The notes under the pieces are model-generated. The model ran no database searches. It had not been told where the DNA came from and saw nothing but the letters and a program-made list of their open reading frames with translations. DNA of 64,000 nt from Lophium mytilinum (lineage: Eukaryota), in contig MU004187.1 in assembly GCA_010093605.1 (NCBI GenBank), forward strand, positions 806,001 to 870,000, in the 5' to 3' direction. Below are positions 25,343 to 37,929 of the stretch, in pieces. The translations under genes and the position numbers were made by a program. The number at the start of each line of letters is the position of its first letter. Within the stretch, counting starts at the first letter, position 1.

Positions 25343-26068
25343 TCAATAAGGTGTCGTTCTACGGCCTGCACGTTGGGTGGATGTGGCGGTTTCGTCTGAT
25401 GTTGTGACGTCCCGTGATGTGGGCTCGGCTGATTGGCCCAGTGCCGATGCTTCCATCCCAAATCCAGAAAATCCGCCAAGCCGCCGTTCCCAAGCGAACC
25501 TTTGCGACACCACCGCCACGACTCGTGCCCACCTCAATATCATGGTGGAAGGCGCCCTCTTCAAGCAAATATTAATCAGAGTAATGTTTCTCCAGTGTGG
25601 GAGCTATTCAACCTTTATGCGCGCCGCGAGCGTTGCCCCGTGCGCAGTCGCAAAGATCCCTTCCTGCAGCCGGAGGGTGTCGGACGGCTGGTTGCGCAGT
25701 CTGAGAACACCTCGTATCTTTCAGCTATCTTTTCTAGTCATGTTGCGGATGTCTTGCGATAGGCCCCCCTCCAAGCCCTGACCTTCCCTCAAACGTTTCG
25801 TCTCTATACTCCGATCGTCGGGCTTCGTAACAGTTTTTAACTTCAGCGCAACATCAACCAAGTCAGACGCGCTCTTCGTATCATGGCAATATTCATAACG
25901 AGGCACACTCGAGGCTCGCAAGGCTCGGGCGAAAATTCGAAGGGGACCATAGGCAAAGGCATTTGGAGGATTGCACAATGATCGAATGATGGTTTCCAGC
26001 AGCTCTACGCTCAATGCCGACAGAACTGAGTTTTCGCATATGGAATAGATATCCCGTATTTTAATCAT
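25343..26068 (-). pseudogene. Possible decayed F-box-like gene
   Basis: N-terminal LSALSVELLETIIRSL resembles an F-box start (LxxLPxELxxxI); the frame then breaks into short ORFs. Boundaries uncertain. Confidence 0.25.
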
Positions 26069-26234
26069 CTTTTCTTTCTAAGAGGAAGCAACGGCCAGAA
26101 TACAAAATCAAAATCCTTAACTTGATTGAACTACATGAAATTGCGAACGTTACTGTTTGAACCCTCAAGTTCTTTTTCGATCTTCCCGACAGCGCCTTTT
26201 CCACCCACTATATCCTATCTTTTCGCACTGCCAC

Positions 26235-29200
26235 TCAAAGGGAGCCGGTATCAAGAGACCCTTCCTCCTCCCCCTCCTCATCCTCTTCCTCCCCCTCGTC
26301 AGACCCCTCCTCTTCCTCCTCATCATCCTCCTCAGCTCCCTCCGCCCCACTCGAACCTTCAGCACCGGACTCCCCAGACTCTCCTCCGCCCATCTCATCA
26401 TCACGGCCGCCCTCCTGCCGCCCCTCCTCCCTCCTCTTCGCCTCCAGCCTCGCCTTCGCCCTATCCGACAACACCGGCGCCCTCCCGTTCGACTTCCACC
26501 CCGGCATCTGCGTACCCGGCTGCACCCATGTATAATCCCTCCGCACCGGCGACACAGGTCGCCGAACTGGCAGCATAGATACCGTAGGAAGAATCGCCAG
26601 AGCACCTGGCCGCTGTCGCGACTGTGACCCAGACGCCGTTCCTTCGTCCTCGTCCTCGTCATCCGAGATCTCGATCACGACGGGCATTTTTCGTGGATGA
26701 GCGACCGTTGCGCGGATATCGCCATAGGGCGAGGGGGAGGAGCCGCGGCCTACTTTCAGGGCTTTGGACGGGGGTTCGGAGGTGGGGAGGGAGGCTTGGG
26801 CTCTAGGGCGCTTTCCGAGGGGCTGGGAGGGTCGATACATAGGGAGGTTCGGGGGCATGCGCAGCTGTGTTGGGGGGCGTTGTTGGCTGAGCTGCGCTAT
26901 GCGTTGGGATGTGGCGTTGATGTTGTTTTGGAGTCGTTGGGCGTGCGTGAGGAGAGGGTTGGTTGGGGGACGCAGCTGGGTCGTGGGAGTAGGGTTGGTT
27001 TGAGGGTTTTGTTGAGACCCCGCGTTCATATGAATTTCGAGTCGCGCTTGTCGTCGCCTTGCTTCCCAGGCGCTGATGGTGAGGGTTTGGTTGCTGTTCT
27101 GGGGTTGTCCTAGCGGCGGAGGTGCGGGCCCTTGGGATGTCGGTGGAAGTGATAGAGGTTGGGGAGGCAATGGGCCCGGTGGTATTCGTACTGTACCGTT
27201 GAGAATGTAATTCGGGGTTCCAAGGCGCGGAGGTACCATTCCCTGAGACGTCGGCGGAAGGGCTGCGACTTGGAGTCGCAACGTGCCTGTTGATCCCCTT
27301 GTTCCTCCGGTCAGCCCGTGATTTTGACCGTTCGAGTGTGTGCTTAACGGACCATGACCAAGTCGAGGTCTCTTCTTATGTGGCGGCAAGATGTCGGGAT
27401 TGTCTACAGTGGGTGGAGAATTAGGGCTTTGGATACTCCGATTGTCATGAGGAGCACCGTTCCTGTTGTTGGAGATCATCCGCTGCGTAGAGGAATGGGG
27501 CTGTGGTTCAGGTCGTCTTTGGCCCTGTGGTTGCTCTAGTAGAGCTCCTGAAGTAGTGCTGCTGCCTGGCTCTTGATTGAGCGGAGGTGACATGGTCTCT
27601 TGAGGTCCTGGCTCTTCAGGAGTGGAAGGAGAAGGCGCATTTTGGATTGGTAGATCGTTCTGAGTTATAGTCGGAGTCTGTGGAGGTGGAATCGTCCCTG
27701 ACGGCTGTGTCGTCGCCTGTGTTTGGTTGTTCAGTGCTAGCGCAGTACCTGTTTGTATATTTGCACCCGCTGCGGTACCTACCCCTGGACCTGCTACTCC
27801 AAGCCCCTGTTGCTGTTGCAAAGCAAGGAGCCTCTCACGTTCCCTCCTGGCGCGACCATCGTTGTTGGTTTTATATCGCGCTTTCTTTTTCTCTCTGCAC
27901 TCAGGATCAGCAACAAATTCCCGCATGATATGAAGTTGACCCTCAAGTACCTGCGTGCATATACCCTTCTGAGTTGATAGTAGATGGCATATCCGATCGA
28001 GCCTTTGCGTGAAATCTAGCCGCCTACCACGAATTTCCAGGTTATTTTGACGTGGCGTCCATGGCCAGGTTGGAACGAAGCAACCCTGATTATGAAGCTG
28101 ACCCATTAAATTGCTAATCTGCCATGCTCTGGCGGTAATGTCCATCCGAGGGTATGTCTGTGTTGCGCCAGGAGCCCATCTTCTGCCTGTCAATGAACCT
28201 AAATCGACGGCTTGGGAGGTGTCTACCAATGCAGCCCTGAGTCTTGCAGTGGCCGCTGCTATTGCGGTTGCTGTGTTAGGTATGCCGTTGTTGGAGTCTG
28301 GTCTCCAATAAGCTCTTGTTAGGTAGTCGTTGGCTTGGCTGCTCGTCATACCATCGACAGTATCTAGTCCATTCTGCCCTGAAGAACTATGGGTGGAGCT
28401 GTCGGGTGTTTCCCTTTGGTCTTGTCCTCGCCGCGGGATATTTGGGCCTGTCTGTTGAAAGTTCTCAGATCCTGAAGTGGGATTTGCTAATTCTTCAGAG
28501 TCATTTTCCCCAGAAGTCGAAGAAGTAGAGCGATCCTCCTCAGGGCCCGAGTCTCCATGACTGCTCGGCGATGACGGCGAATCGGGTACCCAATCATCCC
28601 CACCCCCGACTAGCTGATGCACCTCTGTCTCACCAGGTGGCTGCTGTGGTACTAGCTGCCCGCTATCACCAGTAACTAGAGGCGTCGGGGATGCCGATGC
28701 TCCCCGATTTCGCGCCTCCCACGAACTGAGTTGCTCTGGAGGTCTAAGTGTAGCCCAGCTCTGTCGTCCCAACTCTATTAGGCGTTCCGTCTCAGCTCTT
28801 TGATGTTCAAAGGCCTCCGGATCCCTCAGCCGTGCCCAATGCGCGTCACCGGGAAAAGGACGTTCTGGGATATAGTTCTCGGGCCAACGAAGCATTATCC
28901 CGGTCGCTCTTTCGTATAATTGCCTGTCTTCTCTTCGCTCTACGAGGCTATTTGGATCCATAAAGTCTTCGTGCACGAGGTCATCGGGACTGGTGTGGTA
29001 TCCGGCTTCTTGCCACCATGTCGTATTGGCGGGATCGGGCTGCTGATTTTCGTCTTCGTTAGTTATCAAGATTAGATTTTCATTCGCAGGTATATTCTGA
29101 ACGGCGGCTAAATCATCTGGATCTGTGAAATCCCACAGCGGACTACTGAATGTTCCGGTGGGAAAGGTAGCTTGGATCTCTGGTAGCTCATCTAGACCCT

Positions 29201-29558
29201 CGAATATCCCTCCTTGCCACACCGTCGGCGGCGTACCTGGGTCTATCTGGAGATCGCGATCATCTATAAACTGATCCAGCCATCCGGCGCCTTCGCCCAG
29301 ATGTGATGTCTGGTTATCGTCGCCAGGAACATTGCTGGGTAGCGGTTCGCCCTGGATCTGAGGGCGGTTACTTGGTATTTCGGATCGTTCCTCATCCTGC
29401 AAGCCGTCAGCTGTTGCGTCTGGTTCGCCTGCGTTCAGTGGAGTAACGGTATTGTACGGCTCAGTCACGTTCTCGGATGGTACGTCATCCACATCATCGT
29501 CCTCGAACAGATCATCGTATTCATGGTCAGAGTCTGGCGATTGAGAGTTGTTCTCCAT
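26235..29558 (-). CDS. Cluster-family paralogue 7 (intronless, ~1107 aa)
   Basis: Long open frame, first ATG at 29558. Central domain AYWRP..IPNT, ARLRAALVD, YPRMDITARAWQI, LHNQGCF, LDFTQRL, QKGICTQVLEG, ADP. Flanks low-complexity; acidic C-terminus. Confidence 0.88.
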   Translation of the reverse strand: MENNSQSPDSDHEYDDLFEDDDVDDVPSENVTEPYNTVTPLNAGEPDATADGLQDEERSEIPSNRPQIQGEPLPSNVPGDDNQTSHLGEGAGWLDQFIDDRDLQIDPGTPPTVWQGGIFEGLDELPEIQATFPTGTFSSPLWDFTDPDDLAAVQNIPANENLILITNEDENQQPDPANTTWWQEAGYHTSPDDLVHEDFMDPNSLVERREDRQLYERATGIMLRWPENYIPERPFPGDAHWARLRDPEAFEHQRAETERLIELGRQSWATLRPPEQLSSWEARNRGASASPTPLVTGDSGQLVPQQPPGETEVHQLVGGGDDWVPDSPSSPSSHGDSGPEEDRSTSSTSGENDSEELANPTSGSENFQQTGPNIPRRGQDQRETPDSSTHSSSGQNGLDTVDGMTSSQANDYLTRAYWRPDSNNGIPNTATAIAAATARLRAALVDTSQAVDLGSLTGRRWAPGATQTYPRMDITARAWQISNLMGQLHNQGCFVPTWPWTPRQNNLEIRGRRLDFTQRLDRICHLLSTQKGICTQVLEGQLHIMREFVADPECREKKKARYKTNNDGRARRERERLLALQQQQGLGVAGPGVGTAAGANIQTGTALALNNQTQATTQPSGTIPPPQTPTITQNDLPIQNAPSPSTPEEPGPQETMSPPLNQEPGSSTTSGALLEQPQGQRRPEPQPHSSTQRMISNNRNGAPHDNRSIQSPNSPPTVDNPDILPPHKKRPRLGHGPLSTHSNGQNHGLTGGTRGSTGTLRLQVAALPPTSQGMVPPRLGTPNYILNGTVRIPPGPLPPQPLSLPPTSQGPAPPPLGQPQNSNQTLTISAWEARRRQARLEIHMNAGSQQNPQTNPTPTTQLRPPTNPLLTHAQRLQNNINATSQRIAQLSQQRPPTQLRMPPNLPMYRPSQPLGKRPRAQASLPTSEPPSKALKVGRGSSPSPYGDIRATVAHPRKMPVVIEISDDEDEDEGTASGSQSRQRPGALAILPTVSMLPVRRPVSPVRRDYTWVQPGTQMPGWKSNGRAPVLSDRAKARLEAKRREEGRQEGGRDDEMGGGESGESGAEGSSGAEGAEEDDEEEEEGSDEGEEEDEEGEEEGSLDTGSL

Positions 29559-31354
29559 GTTGGTGTCGTCTGCAAATTGGGGTGGGCGACGAGCAGCTAT
29601 TTCGTTCAAAGTCTACCGTGATGTTGAAAATCAGCAAGAAGATGAGAAATAATGAGAGAATACTTGAAGAACGCGTAAGATCTCGCAAGGAAACTAGATG
29701 CACAAGGTCTTTTCAATCAACATTGTATAGTTCACGATTCGTTAAAGAAATTTTTATATATAAAGGTAGACAAAGCGAAGGCTTCCAGGGAGTGAACATT
29801 GTGAAGAACTCAAAGGTGTGAGGACCGAGGGGGTTCATTTCGCTGAGTCCTGTGGGAGGTAGGCTTCTGCCCCCTTCAACAGAGTGCTAGTTATGCTTCG
29901 TTAAAGAGCTCACCGTATCACCAAATGTGATGAGAGGGGATGGTAAAGTAGAAAAGAGTATCTAGCTCCAGGGCTACACAGTAAAAACACTTGATCTACT
30001 CTTTCAAAGATACACCGACACCTTCTTGTAGCACTTACGCTTTACAATAAGCCTGTCTAACACAATCAGAACATTTCCCGCCAAGCTTTTCGGTATTGGT
30101 GTCGCGACCACTCAGAATTTGCCCACCCATGACCGAAGAACCTGAACAAAGAAGCAACACGGTGATTCCATCCATTGTTCTTGTCAGAAGGATGGAGTTA
30201 CTACCTCCCAGGGCCTTCATAAGAACCCTAACCCCCGTGCCCAACTAAGTGGTCCTTATCATTCGACGAATGATTAGCTGGTTGCCTATCTTGGGAAGTA
30301 TGCGGCCGGCACTAAGGCGATACTCCTCAGAATCGTCCGAGGAAGCATCATGCTCCACGCCGACGTCGGATCACCCCGCTTGCGCTTGATCTGAGCAATT
30401 TTGCTGACTGGACGTCGTTTAGGAATCGTCGTAGCCGGGGTCATAGTGGTGGATGCGCTCTCTATAGTCGAGTTCTGATGTTGAATCTGGGCTCCCTTCT
30501 GATAGGTGTTAAGTCCTGGAAGGGTGGTGGCAGACCACGAGATATGATGACGCGGTTTGGTGAGATCCAAATTGGGTGAGCTAAGACATGGGCGAGAATG
30601 ACCAGAGGTCACGTGACGGAGGCATTACTAAGCAAGCTTTTGACAACTTTTATCCTCGCTATAGCTTGATCAAAGTCTTTCGAACTCGGTAAGGTATGCT
30701 ACTTCTAGATACACAGCTAGTCTGAGCACCGCGACGCTCCAACGAATTAAGCCGGGTGGCAGCGCCGTCCCGTCGAGAGGCTATGCCATCCTCTTTCTTA
30801 TATGCCCGCTGTGTGCGGAATGTTGGTCGATTAGGTCAAACAACCATATCATGCGATACTGTTAGCATCCAGGTAGCACTCATGGCGCATATGTACCCGA
30901 TCTTGCGTCTTACCAATGTCTAGAAGTTAAGGCCTGAAGTTAAATCGATCTGCTCAGACTTCTTCAGCTACATACACAAAAAGCTGGCAGGGGGCTGGTC
31001 GTGACTTATGGTGCTCAAGGGAAAAGTGCACTTAGAGCTATAAACAGGCTTGCACGGAGTAAGGATTATTAGAGACAGTTATCGAGTGACTAAGCCTTCC
31101 ACGACACCTCTATTTAGGCTTGGTAGAAAGACTTCCCTTTCCGAGCGACTCCATGCCAGACAGAACTTCCTCAATCAACACCCCCGACCGCTCAGTCCTC
31201 TTCGCCGTGAAGTGTCAAGCCTCGACCCTTGAGTTTAGAAATGCACAAAGTTCAGAACAAAGAAACGCATGTTTTCTATACCATTGACCGTAACCTCGTC
31301 ACTTTTTTGTCTGTGCAAAGATACACACACACTCTCTAGTTTCCTGAACCACAC

Positions 31355-33043
31355 CTAGTCTTCCGCAGTCTCGGCCATCGAGACAAGACGGGTGGCCGAT
31401 CTGGTGGAGGCCTTTCTTTTGTTCCTACCCGTATTCGTGGCCATTTCTCGATGATCCTCGTCTTCCTCCCCTTGCTCGGACTGCCCTCGCTTGCGCTTCA
31501 CAGTGAGGTTGCGGTTAGAACGTCGGGTTGCAGCAGCCACGATTGGTGTAATGGTCGGCGTAAGGTTCGACAGAAGGGTTGGCGGGTGAGTCGATGTGTC
31601 GTCCTCGGCCTCGGCCTCCTGATTCATCAGCGTACCCTTCTTCTCAGCAAGCTCCCGTCCAGCCTTAGTAAACCCCCGCTTCTTCTCGTTGCCACGCATG
31701 TTTCCTGGGTCCCGCGCTTCGACGTGCTTCGGGTTCCCTGCCAGCCACCAGATCCTAATCATATCGCCATTAACAACGTAAGTACAGTAATACTTACGCC
31801 TAGCGAGCATATCGCACACGGTGTTGATCCTCTCAGCGTAAGACAGTTCAGGGTCAGGGTTCACCCCAGAAGTGCTGAAGGTGTACTTTGGGTAACAATA
31901 GCCGTCCACATGGAAGGCCTCGAAGGTCTCTTGGACCAACCAGGCCCATGCCTCAACATCGCTTGAAGTGTACTTCTTATCCATCCAATGCTTGACGCCG
32001 TGCTTGCCTACGTCGACAACACCGATTGTATTGAGCATGCTGTCACGGATGCGGCGCACATCGGCCTTCCTCGTATCGTCCGTCTGCGGCAATGTAGGAT
32101 CATCCGGGGCACCGCGCCCAGCCAAGACGCGAGGACAGTTGCGTCTTAGCCGGGCCGTGTCAGCCGAACAGATCTGATCGGTTTCTGCAGCTGTAGATCC
32201 GGACGAATTGTTTTGGGAATAGTCATCGTTATCGGTTTCTTAGCCATATTAGCAACTATTGACTGAAGCGGATCCAATAGATGTGAGTAAGAAGGAGCAC
32301 TTACGCACTGATGCGAGAAAACCAAGATTTTCATGAGCTTTCTGGAGGGCTCGATTCAGCGCTGGAGTGATCCTAGTTGCTCTGACGACGTTGCTAATCT
32401 CTATAGCCTTATTCTCGGCGAATGCCTTTAGGCAAATATTCGCTCTCTCGAGCGCGTCGGTGGCCGATTCCTCGAGAAACTTGTTCAAGTTCACAGCCTC
32501 GTCGTCGTAATTCCATTCATTGTCGCTCATCGCATGAGAAAAGGGGTCAGAGTAGCTGGTGGTAAGGTGCGGCGTCATATTGGGGGTTTTAGCCTGATCG
32601 AGGGAGTCAGCAATATGAAAGTGTAGTAATCGGGATAGACTCACAGCAACTTCTAGGCTGGCACTCTCCTGAAAGTGGCGCGTTTGGTCAACAAGCAAGG
32701 CTACTGATCGGCTGGCTTGGTCGACCTGGGCTTAGGATCAGTAGAGCCCTCGTCGTATTAATCCAAGTAGGCTTACCGTGGCATATTGAGCGTAGTCATC
32801 CAGGCGACCAACGCTGAGCATCACGTTCTCTTCTATGGCAAAGGCGGGATGGAGACCACTAGTGGGCCCACTTATCGCGTACGGGTTCGAACAGGGAGCA
32901 GGGCTGGCACGTGTCGCGTCTGAAGCAGCTAGACTGTCCTCGAATTCGTAGCGGCCAACGTGAGACATGGGGAACGAAGGGAAGCTTTCGTCCGGGCCGT
33001 GGGGCGGCTGGCTCTGCTTCTTGGAGGGCTTTCCGTTGAGCAT
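31355..33043 (-). CDS. Cluster-family paralogue 8 (introns only upstream of the domain)
   Basis: Exons 33043-32777, 32725-32305, 32238-31355 splice in frame (second acceptor is AAG). Domain DDPTLPQT, VRRIRDSMLNTIGVVD, YTSSDVEAWAWLV, FHVDG, ELSYAERI, RKYYCTYVVNG, GNP, NMRGNEKK. True start uncertain. Confidence 0.8.
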
Positions 33044-33525
33044 CGAGAACGTTGATAAGCCACAAAGCTGTGGACCGTGTTGGTAGAGAGCGGGGCGACC
33101 GACCGAGGGTGTAGCACGGGAGCCCTCCTGGCTACCTGTGTCGGAAGTGTAGCTGTTGACAGATAGAGGAAGTCGACCGGCCTATAGGGAGACTGACCCA
33201 AGCTGCTTCATGCAGTGTGAGAGCGGTAGCTGCAAGACGTTGCGGCCTCTCCCAAAACATAGCGGCTTGAAGGCAGCTTCAGATAATGACGCCAAGACGC
33301 TAGCGCGACATCATGGAGATTCGGAACCCCATAGACAATTTTTTCCCTATAGATCTGAGTCTCTACGCTGTTCATAACTATGTACAGGGCTAAATATCAG
33401 AGCTACAATTAACTCTATAAATTCAAAGAGCGTTCATATAACGATCAGTGACGACACCGGATACAAAGCACGCTGAAAAGTTGTTTTTTGGCATTTTTGC
33501 CTTTTTCCCCATTTCTGTCGAATGC

Positions 33526-33629
33526 AGGCCGTAGCGTCTGATACTAGGCGGAAGACAATCTAATATACAGGAATGTGCCCAAGTTTGCTACCGCATTGAT
33601 TGCTGTAGGTGGTTGTCATAATCCAACAA
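33526..33629 (+). repeat. Degenerate dispersed repeat, partner of 7952-8055
   Basis: Same conserved blocks as 7952-8055 in opposite orientation. Confidence 0.75.
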
Positions 33630-35979
33630 GTTTTTACATCCATCCGTCATCTACAGCTTATATTTCTCATAGACATTTACCGGACCCCCCACAGCGGCAG
33701 TGATCTCCAAGACTCTTAGAAAGTTGCTCTGATCTTGCTAGCAACTAGGCAGTAGTGAAAAGAAGACACCGAAATCGAGATTATCTGCAGTGGCAGCTGG
33801 AAGAAGATCGAAGTCCTCTTGCTTCAGCCCTGTATTATAGGTAGGGGTACAGAGGACCTCTCACGTTGGTAGAAAGATTGCAGAACTTCTTACGTGTTGC
33901 TTCAATTTGTAACTCGACTAATTAATATTGAACAACACTATAGAAATCGCAAGTGTCTAAGTATGGGCGTGATCTGCACACTAAGGTCTATGAACTGAGC
34001 GTTTTATTTCACAACATATCTGAAGCCCTTCTTGCGGCGGCAATGACTAATCAAACTTTAGCCCAAGCTGCCTGGAATCCGAAGCAGCTCTTGGTCGTTT
34101 TGGAAAACACTCTCAAAATCGGTATTATCAGCGTCGAGTATAATATACGCTTCTTTGCCTTCAACGTTGCCCTCATCTTTTCCATCGATGTACGCAGCGC
34201 CTCTTACGACGGCACGGACTTTCCAAGATGTCCCGGAGTATGTCATCATCTTCGATGCCTTTGGATGTGGCCTGCGAAGCTTATCATAATTGCGAAGTAT
34301 TGCTCGGAATACTGTTCGCAGCTTATGTCCTATAGAGTCTTATTTAAATCTGCCGTAAGTACCCAGGCACCTCAAACCTCGTCAAGAATTTGACAGAGCA
34401 GCCAGAAACGCGCACTGATTTCAGAGATGTTCAAAACAGGGTAGTAAAAAGTCCTCAATCTCAGTTGTGTTGACATGGATGCCAATCTGCGGGCCTCGGT
34501 CCATTACATCGATTCAACAGTCTGATAGGCTCCTTAGGCCCCTCCAATGGCAGCAAGAGCATTCTAAACTTATTCAGGCAGGGCGCTATTTTGAACTTAT
34601 ACCCCGAAGGCCTAAGACGAGATCATTAGAACCGTTAATGCCGTAGTTCATCCCCTAGATTACGGGCTCGGTCCGATGCCTTACCTCCGCAGGATTCTAG
34701 TCCAGCGCAGGGACTCCATACAGTGGCTTAGGTAGAGAGAAGACCTGAATATTAGCTAAGTCCAAAATCGTATCTAAAGACTATTACATTGGCATTTCTT
34801 CCCGGGTGAGGCTTTGAAACCAGCCTAACGGTGGCAGGATGTACACAAACTGCGTTAGGACTTGGACTGGTTTAGAAAGCAAAGAAACAGTTTCATTTCA
34901 AATGCACTTCAGATCGATTCTCCGATTCCCGATTGCCAATCTATAACATCGGCTCCAATTTTCCAAGCGCCGTTAGGGCACCTCAGGCAGAGTTTAAGAG
35001 CCTCCAACTAGTTCCTATGAGACGAAGTCCCATCCACGGCCTTCGCCTTTTAGCATAGACTCGCGGATCTTTCAGATACGTGGGAGATAGCTGGCGGCGG
35101 CAAGATAGATCTACGTCTCGCAATTCCATAGAGCTCGATCTACGAGTTCCGGTTTACAGCATCATCCGATGTTCTCCATTTGTTTGCGAGCCATCCCAAG
35201 CAGCGTTCAAACCCCTCCAATGCATATGATACTCACCTCTTCCAATACGAGACTTTGAAATTGCACCATGCACCCTAATGTTTTTAAGGTATATGGAGGA
35301 CCCCTGGCGGCGTTGGATGTTACCTAGACCACACATTTATACGACGTCTACTCCATAGCTTGTAGTGTGCAGCTTGAATTGATGTATTATATTAGTAGCC
35401 AGGGGACTTCAGACAAGATTCTATATCCTCCAAAATCCTCGAAGCACATACTGTTCAATATGCGTTCTTTGAACTGTGACATAATGATAAAATCTATTTT
35501 AACATCTAGGGGACGCCAGACAGTGCCTTGAACCTTCTAAGCCCTCTGATATCCTACTCTTCGATATGCGAGCCTCGGATTATGACACAAGAATAGGAGC
35601 TACTAGGAGTAATAGTTGCGCCTCAAACGGCTGCAGCAGGGTTGCAGATTCATGAAGCGACATGCTCAATCTGGAACGATGGTCAAAGCAGTTGAAAACG
35701 CCTGAACATTTTACAAAAAGGCACAAGCAACGAGGATCACATGGTATGCATGTTTAGCAGGCAGTCTGTCCATTCTCAGTCCAAGACCCTCTCTATCTAC
35801 CCACGCAAATGGGCAAAGAATCACTCAATCTACTGCTCTTAGGCCACACAAAGGCACAAAGAACCCACGAAACTCTCCCCCACCACGCCCATTTCAGGCC
35901 CCTCTCCCGGCACACAAAGAAACCAAACCAACCGGCCGACCACCACCCCCAGATCGCACCATCCTCTCCCCTCCTCTGC

Positions 35980-37929
35980 TCACTCCCCCTGCTCACTCGA
36001 GCCACCCCCGAACGTAACATCGTTCAGGAAGGATTGCCAGTCCTCCCCTCCGATCTCCTCCTCTCCAGCGGCAGGCGCAGCGCCCTGCAGACCAGGCAGC
36101 CCCAAACTCTCCATTTCCAGGAGGTCTGAGGCCGCGAGGCCCGCCGGCGCTGCCCGAGCCTCCGCTGCAGAGGAGCTCGACTCCGCTCCTGATCTGGCCC
36201 TCTTGGCCGCAGAGCCCGGCGACAGCAGCGAACCCGAGGCCGAAACCTCTTCCCTCGGACGCTTGGGTCCGGATGGGACGGGCGGAGGGGGCATGCTGCC
36301 GTGGAGGGGGTTCAGGAGCCCCGGGACCCCAAACGGCGGCACTGGCGCGGCAAAAGGCTCCGTGAGCTGGTTCCGGGCCATCACCTCCTCCACCTTCCCG
36401 TATATGCTCTCATCTGGGCGGGGCGGGGCAGGGGGTGCTGGACGGCCTCCAAACTGGCTCGTCGACGCGGCGCGGTTTCGCAGGCGCGGGTCTATCGCGA
36501 AGTCACTCTGCGGCATTGACGAGCCAAGCAGAGTGCTTCCCATCGCCGGCTGGTATGAGCCGCGGTGCTGCTGGTGGGCGGGGACGGGTGCCAAACTGGA
36601 CGAAGATTGGTACGGGCTGGTGCCGGGCTTCATAAAGGAGGGTACGGGCGGAGGGTTTGCAGGGTTGAAGCCGTATCCGGCGCGCTGGCGGTGCAGATTC
36701 TCGAATCGACTTCTAGCCGTCGTATCCAGACTGATCATGAGGGCGCGGGGAGCGTGTACAAGATGCTGGAGGCCAGACCCATTGCATACGTGCAGGCAGT
36801 AGTCTTTGTGGCGGGCGAGAACGGCTCGGACTGCTTCGAGTCGGTCACCGAGGCGAATATTTGGCTCGAAGTAGCTGACCCTGCCGTTGAAGGGATACTC
36901 GAGAAAGACACGTGGTCCCTCCGTGTAGATGAGGATGATGTTGTGTACGATCTCAACTGCTAGTGCTTCGAGGAACTGCTGGGGTGCGTTGCCCTGGATC
37001 CAGTCTTTGGTTGAGAGGGGCTCGGCGCCTGCCATCTTCACTATTGCATCGTAGATCATCCGGCACCAGGTATGGCGGGCGCCTTCAGGTGGTACGACGT
37101 CTCCGTCTTGCAAGACTGAACGGAGCTCAGGGTTTCGCAAGGTGGCGAAGTCACGGGCCAGTTGTGCGGTTGGGAACTGTCCGCTGTAGGCTCCGGGAGG
37201 GGCGAGTGGTGCTGACATCGTCAAGTGAACAGCAAGGGCAACACTGACGGGACCTGGGTTGGCTGCGCCGAAGCTCAGGGGTTGTGGTGTGGAGGTTTTT
37301 AAGAGCGGTGGTGATGCTGAAAATGATTGTGAGGTCGGGTTGTTGATGGAGTGTGGCAGAAAGCTGCTGTACGGTTGCGGAGTAGAGGATCGAGACGGCG
37401 TCTGGCGGACGGTCTGTGACAGAGAACTTGCGTACGGCTGCAGTGTGGAGGTCCACGGAGATGGGTTGATGGTGGACTGTGACAGAGTGTCGTTGGTGGA
37501 TCGTGACAGAGGATTGTTGGTGTAGCGTGGCAAGATTTGCTGGGCGTTGGTTGATTCACTGATCGCTGAATGTCGTCTACCCTCCGCAGGATCTCCGCTA
37601 CCAATCTCTGCTTGCAGACGGAGAACCCTCTCCTCGATCGTAGTAGCTTCCTGTGTCTGTCTAGCGAAGCCGCTGTCGTGAGATTCGGTGGAGGCTGCAG
37701 GATTTGGATCTAGATATCTTCGCACATAGTCCTCATGAGACGCTGGCTGATATCCTTCTGGCACGGGCCCGTAATCACGATTTACAGCCGATGCAGGCCC
37801 TCTATTACCGAAGGCTAAATTCTGGCCGGGCACATGTCTCGCTTGTGAGCCCCGACTCTGGCTCCCTCGTCGTCTTCGAGCTGAAGATTTCTCCGGTTTA
37901 GGACTGCCTGCGCCTTGTGCGGAACTCAT
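35980..37929 (-). CDS. Cluster-family paralogue 9 (intronless, divergent)
   Basis: First ATG at 37929. Domain RMIYDAIVKMAG, LEALAVEIV, IYTEG, IRLGDRLEAVRAVLARHKDYCLHVCNG, LVHAP. S/P-rich flanks. Confidence 0.8.
   Translation of the reverse strand: MSSAQGAGSPKPEKSSARRRRGSQSRGSQARHVPGQNLAFGNRGPASAVNRDYGPVPEGYQPASHEDYVRRYLDPNPAASTESHDSGFARQTQEATTIEERVLRLQAEIGSGDPAEGRRHSAISESTNAQQILPRYTNNPLSRSTNDTLSQSTINPSPWTSTLQPYASSLSQTVRQTPSRSSTPQPYSSFLPHSINNPTSQSFSASPPLLKTSTPQPLSFGAANPGPVSVALAVHLTMSAPLAPPGAYSGQFPTAQLARDFATLRNPELRSVLQDGDVVPPEGARHTWCRMIYDAIVKMAGAEPLSTKDWIQGNAPQQFLEALAVEIVHNIILIYTEGPRVFLEYPFNGRVSYFEPNIRLGDRLEAVRAVLARHKDYCLHVCNGSGLQHLVHAPRALMISLDTTARSRFENLHRQRAGYGFNPANPPPVPSFMKPGTSPYQSSSSLAPVPAHQQHRGSYQPAMGSTLLGSSMPQSDFAIDPRLRNRAASTSQFGGRPAPPAPPRPDESIYGKVEEVMARNQLTEPFAAPVPPFGVPGLLNPLHGSMPPPPVPSGPKRPREEVSASGSLLSPGSAAKRARSGAESSSSAAEARAAPAGLAASDLLEMESLGLPGLQGAAPAAGEEEIGGEDWQSFLNDVTFGGGSSEQGE

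Noticed and set aside
26126..27113. Pro-rich and Gly-rich plus-strand ORFs
   Set aside because: Antisense shadows of the low-complexity C-terminus of paralogue 7.
33043..33211. Upstream in-frame ATG (33211) with TAG at 33182-33184 as an editing-dependent extension of paralogue 8
   Set aside because: The TAG could be a splice acceptor or ordinary 5' UTR sequence; no supporting homology.
33953..35336. Possible decayed gene on either strand
   Set aside because: Short interrupted frames with no identifiable family.
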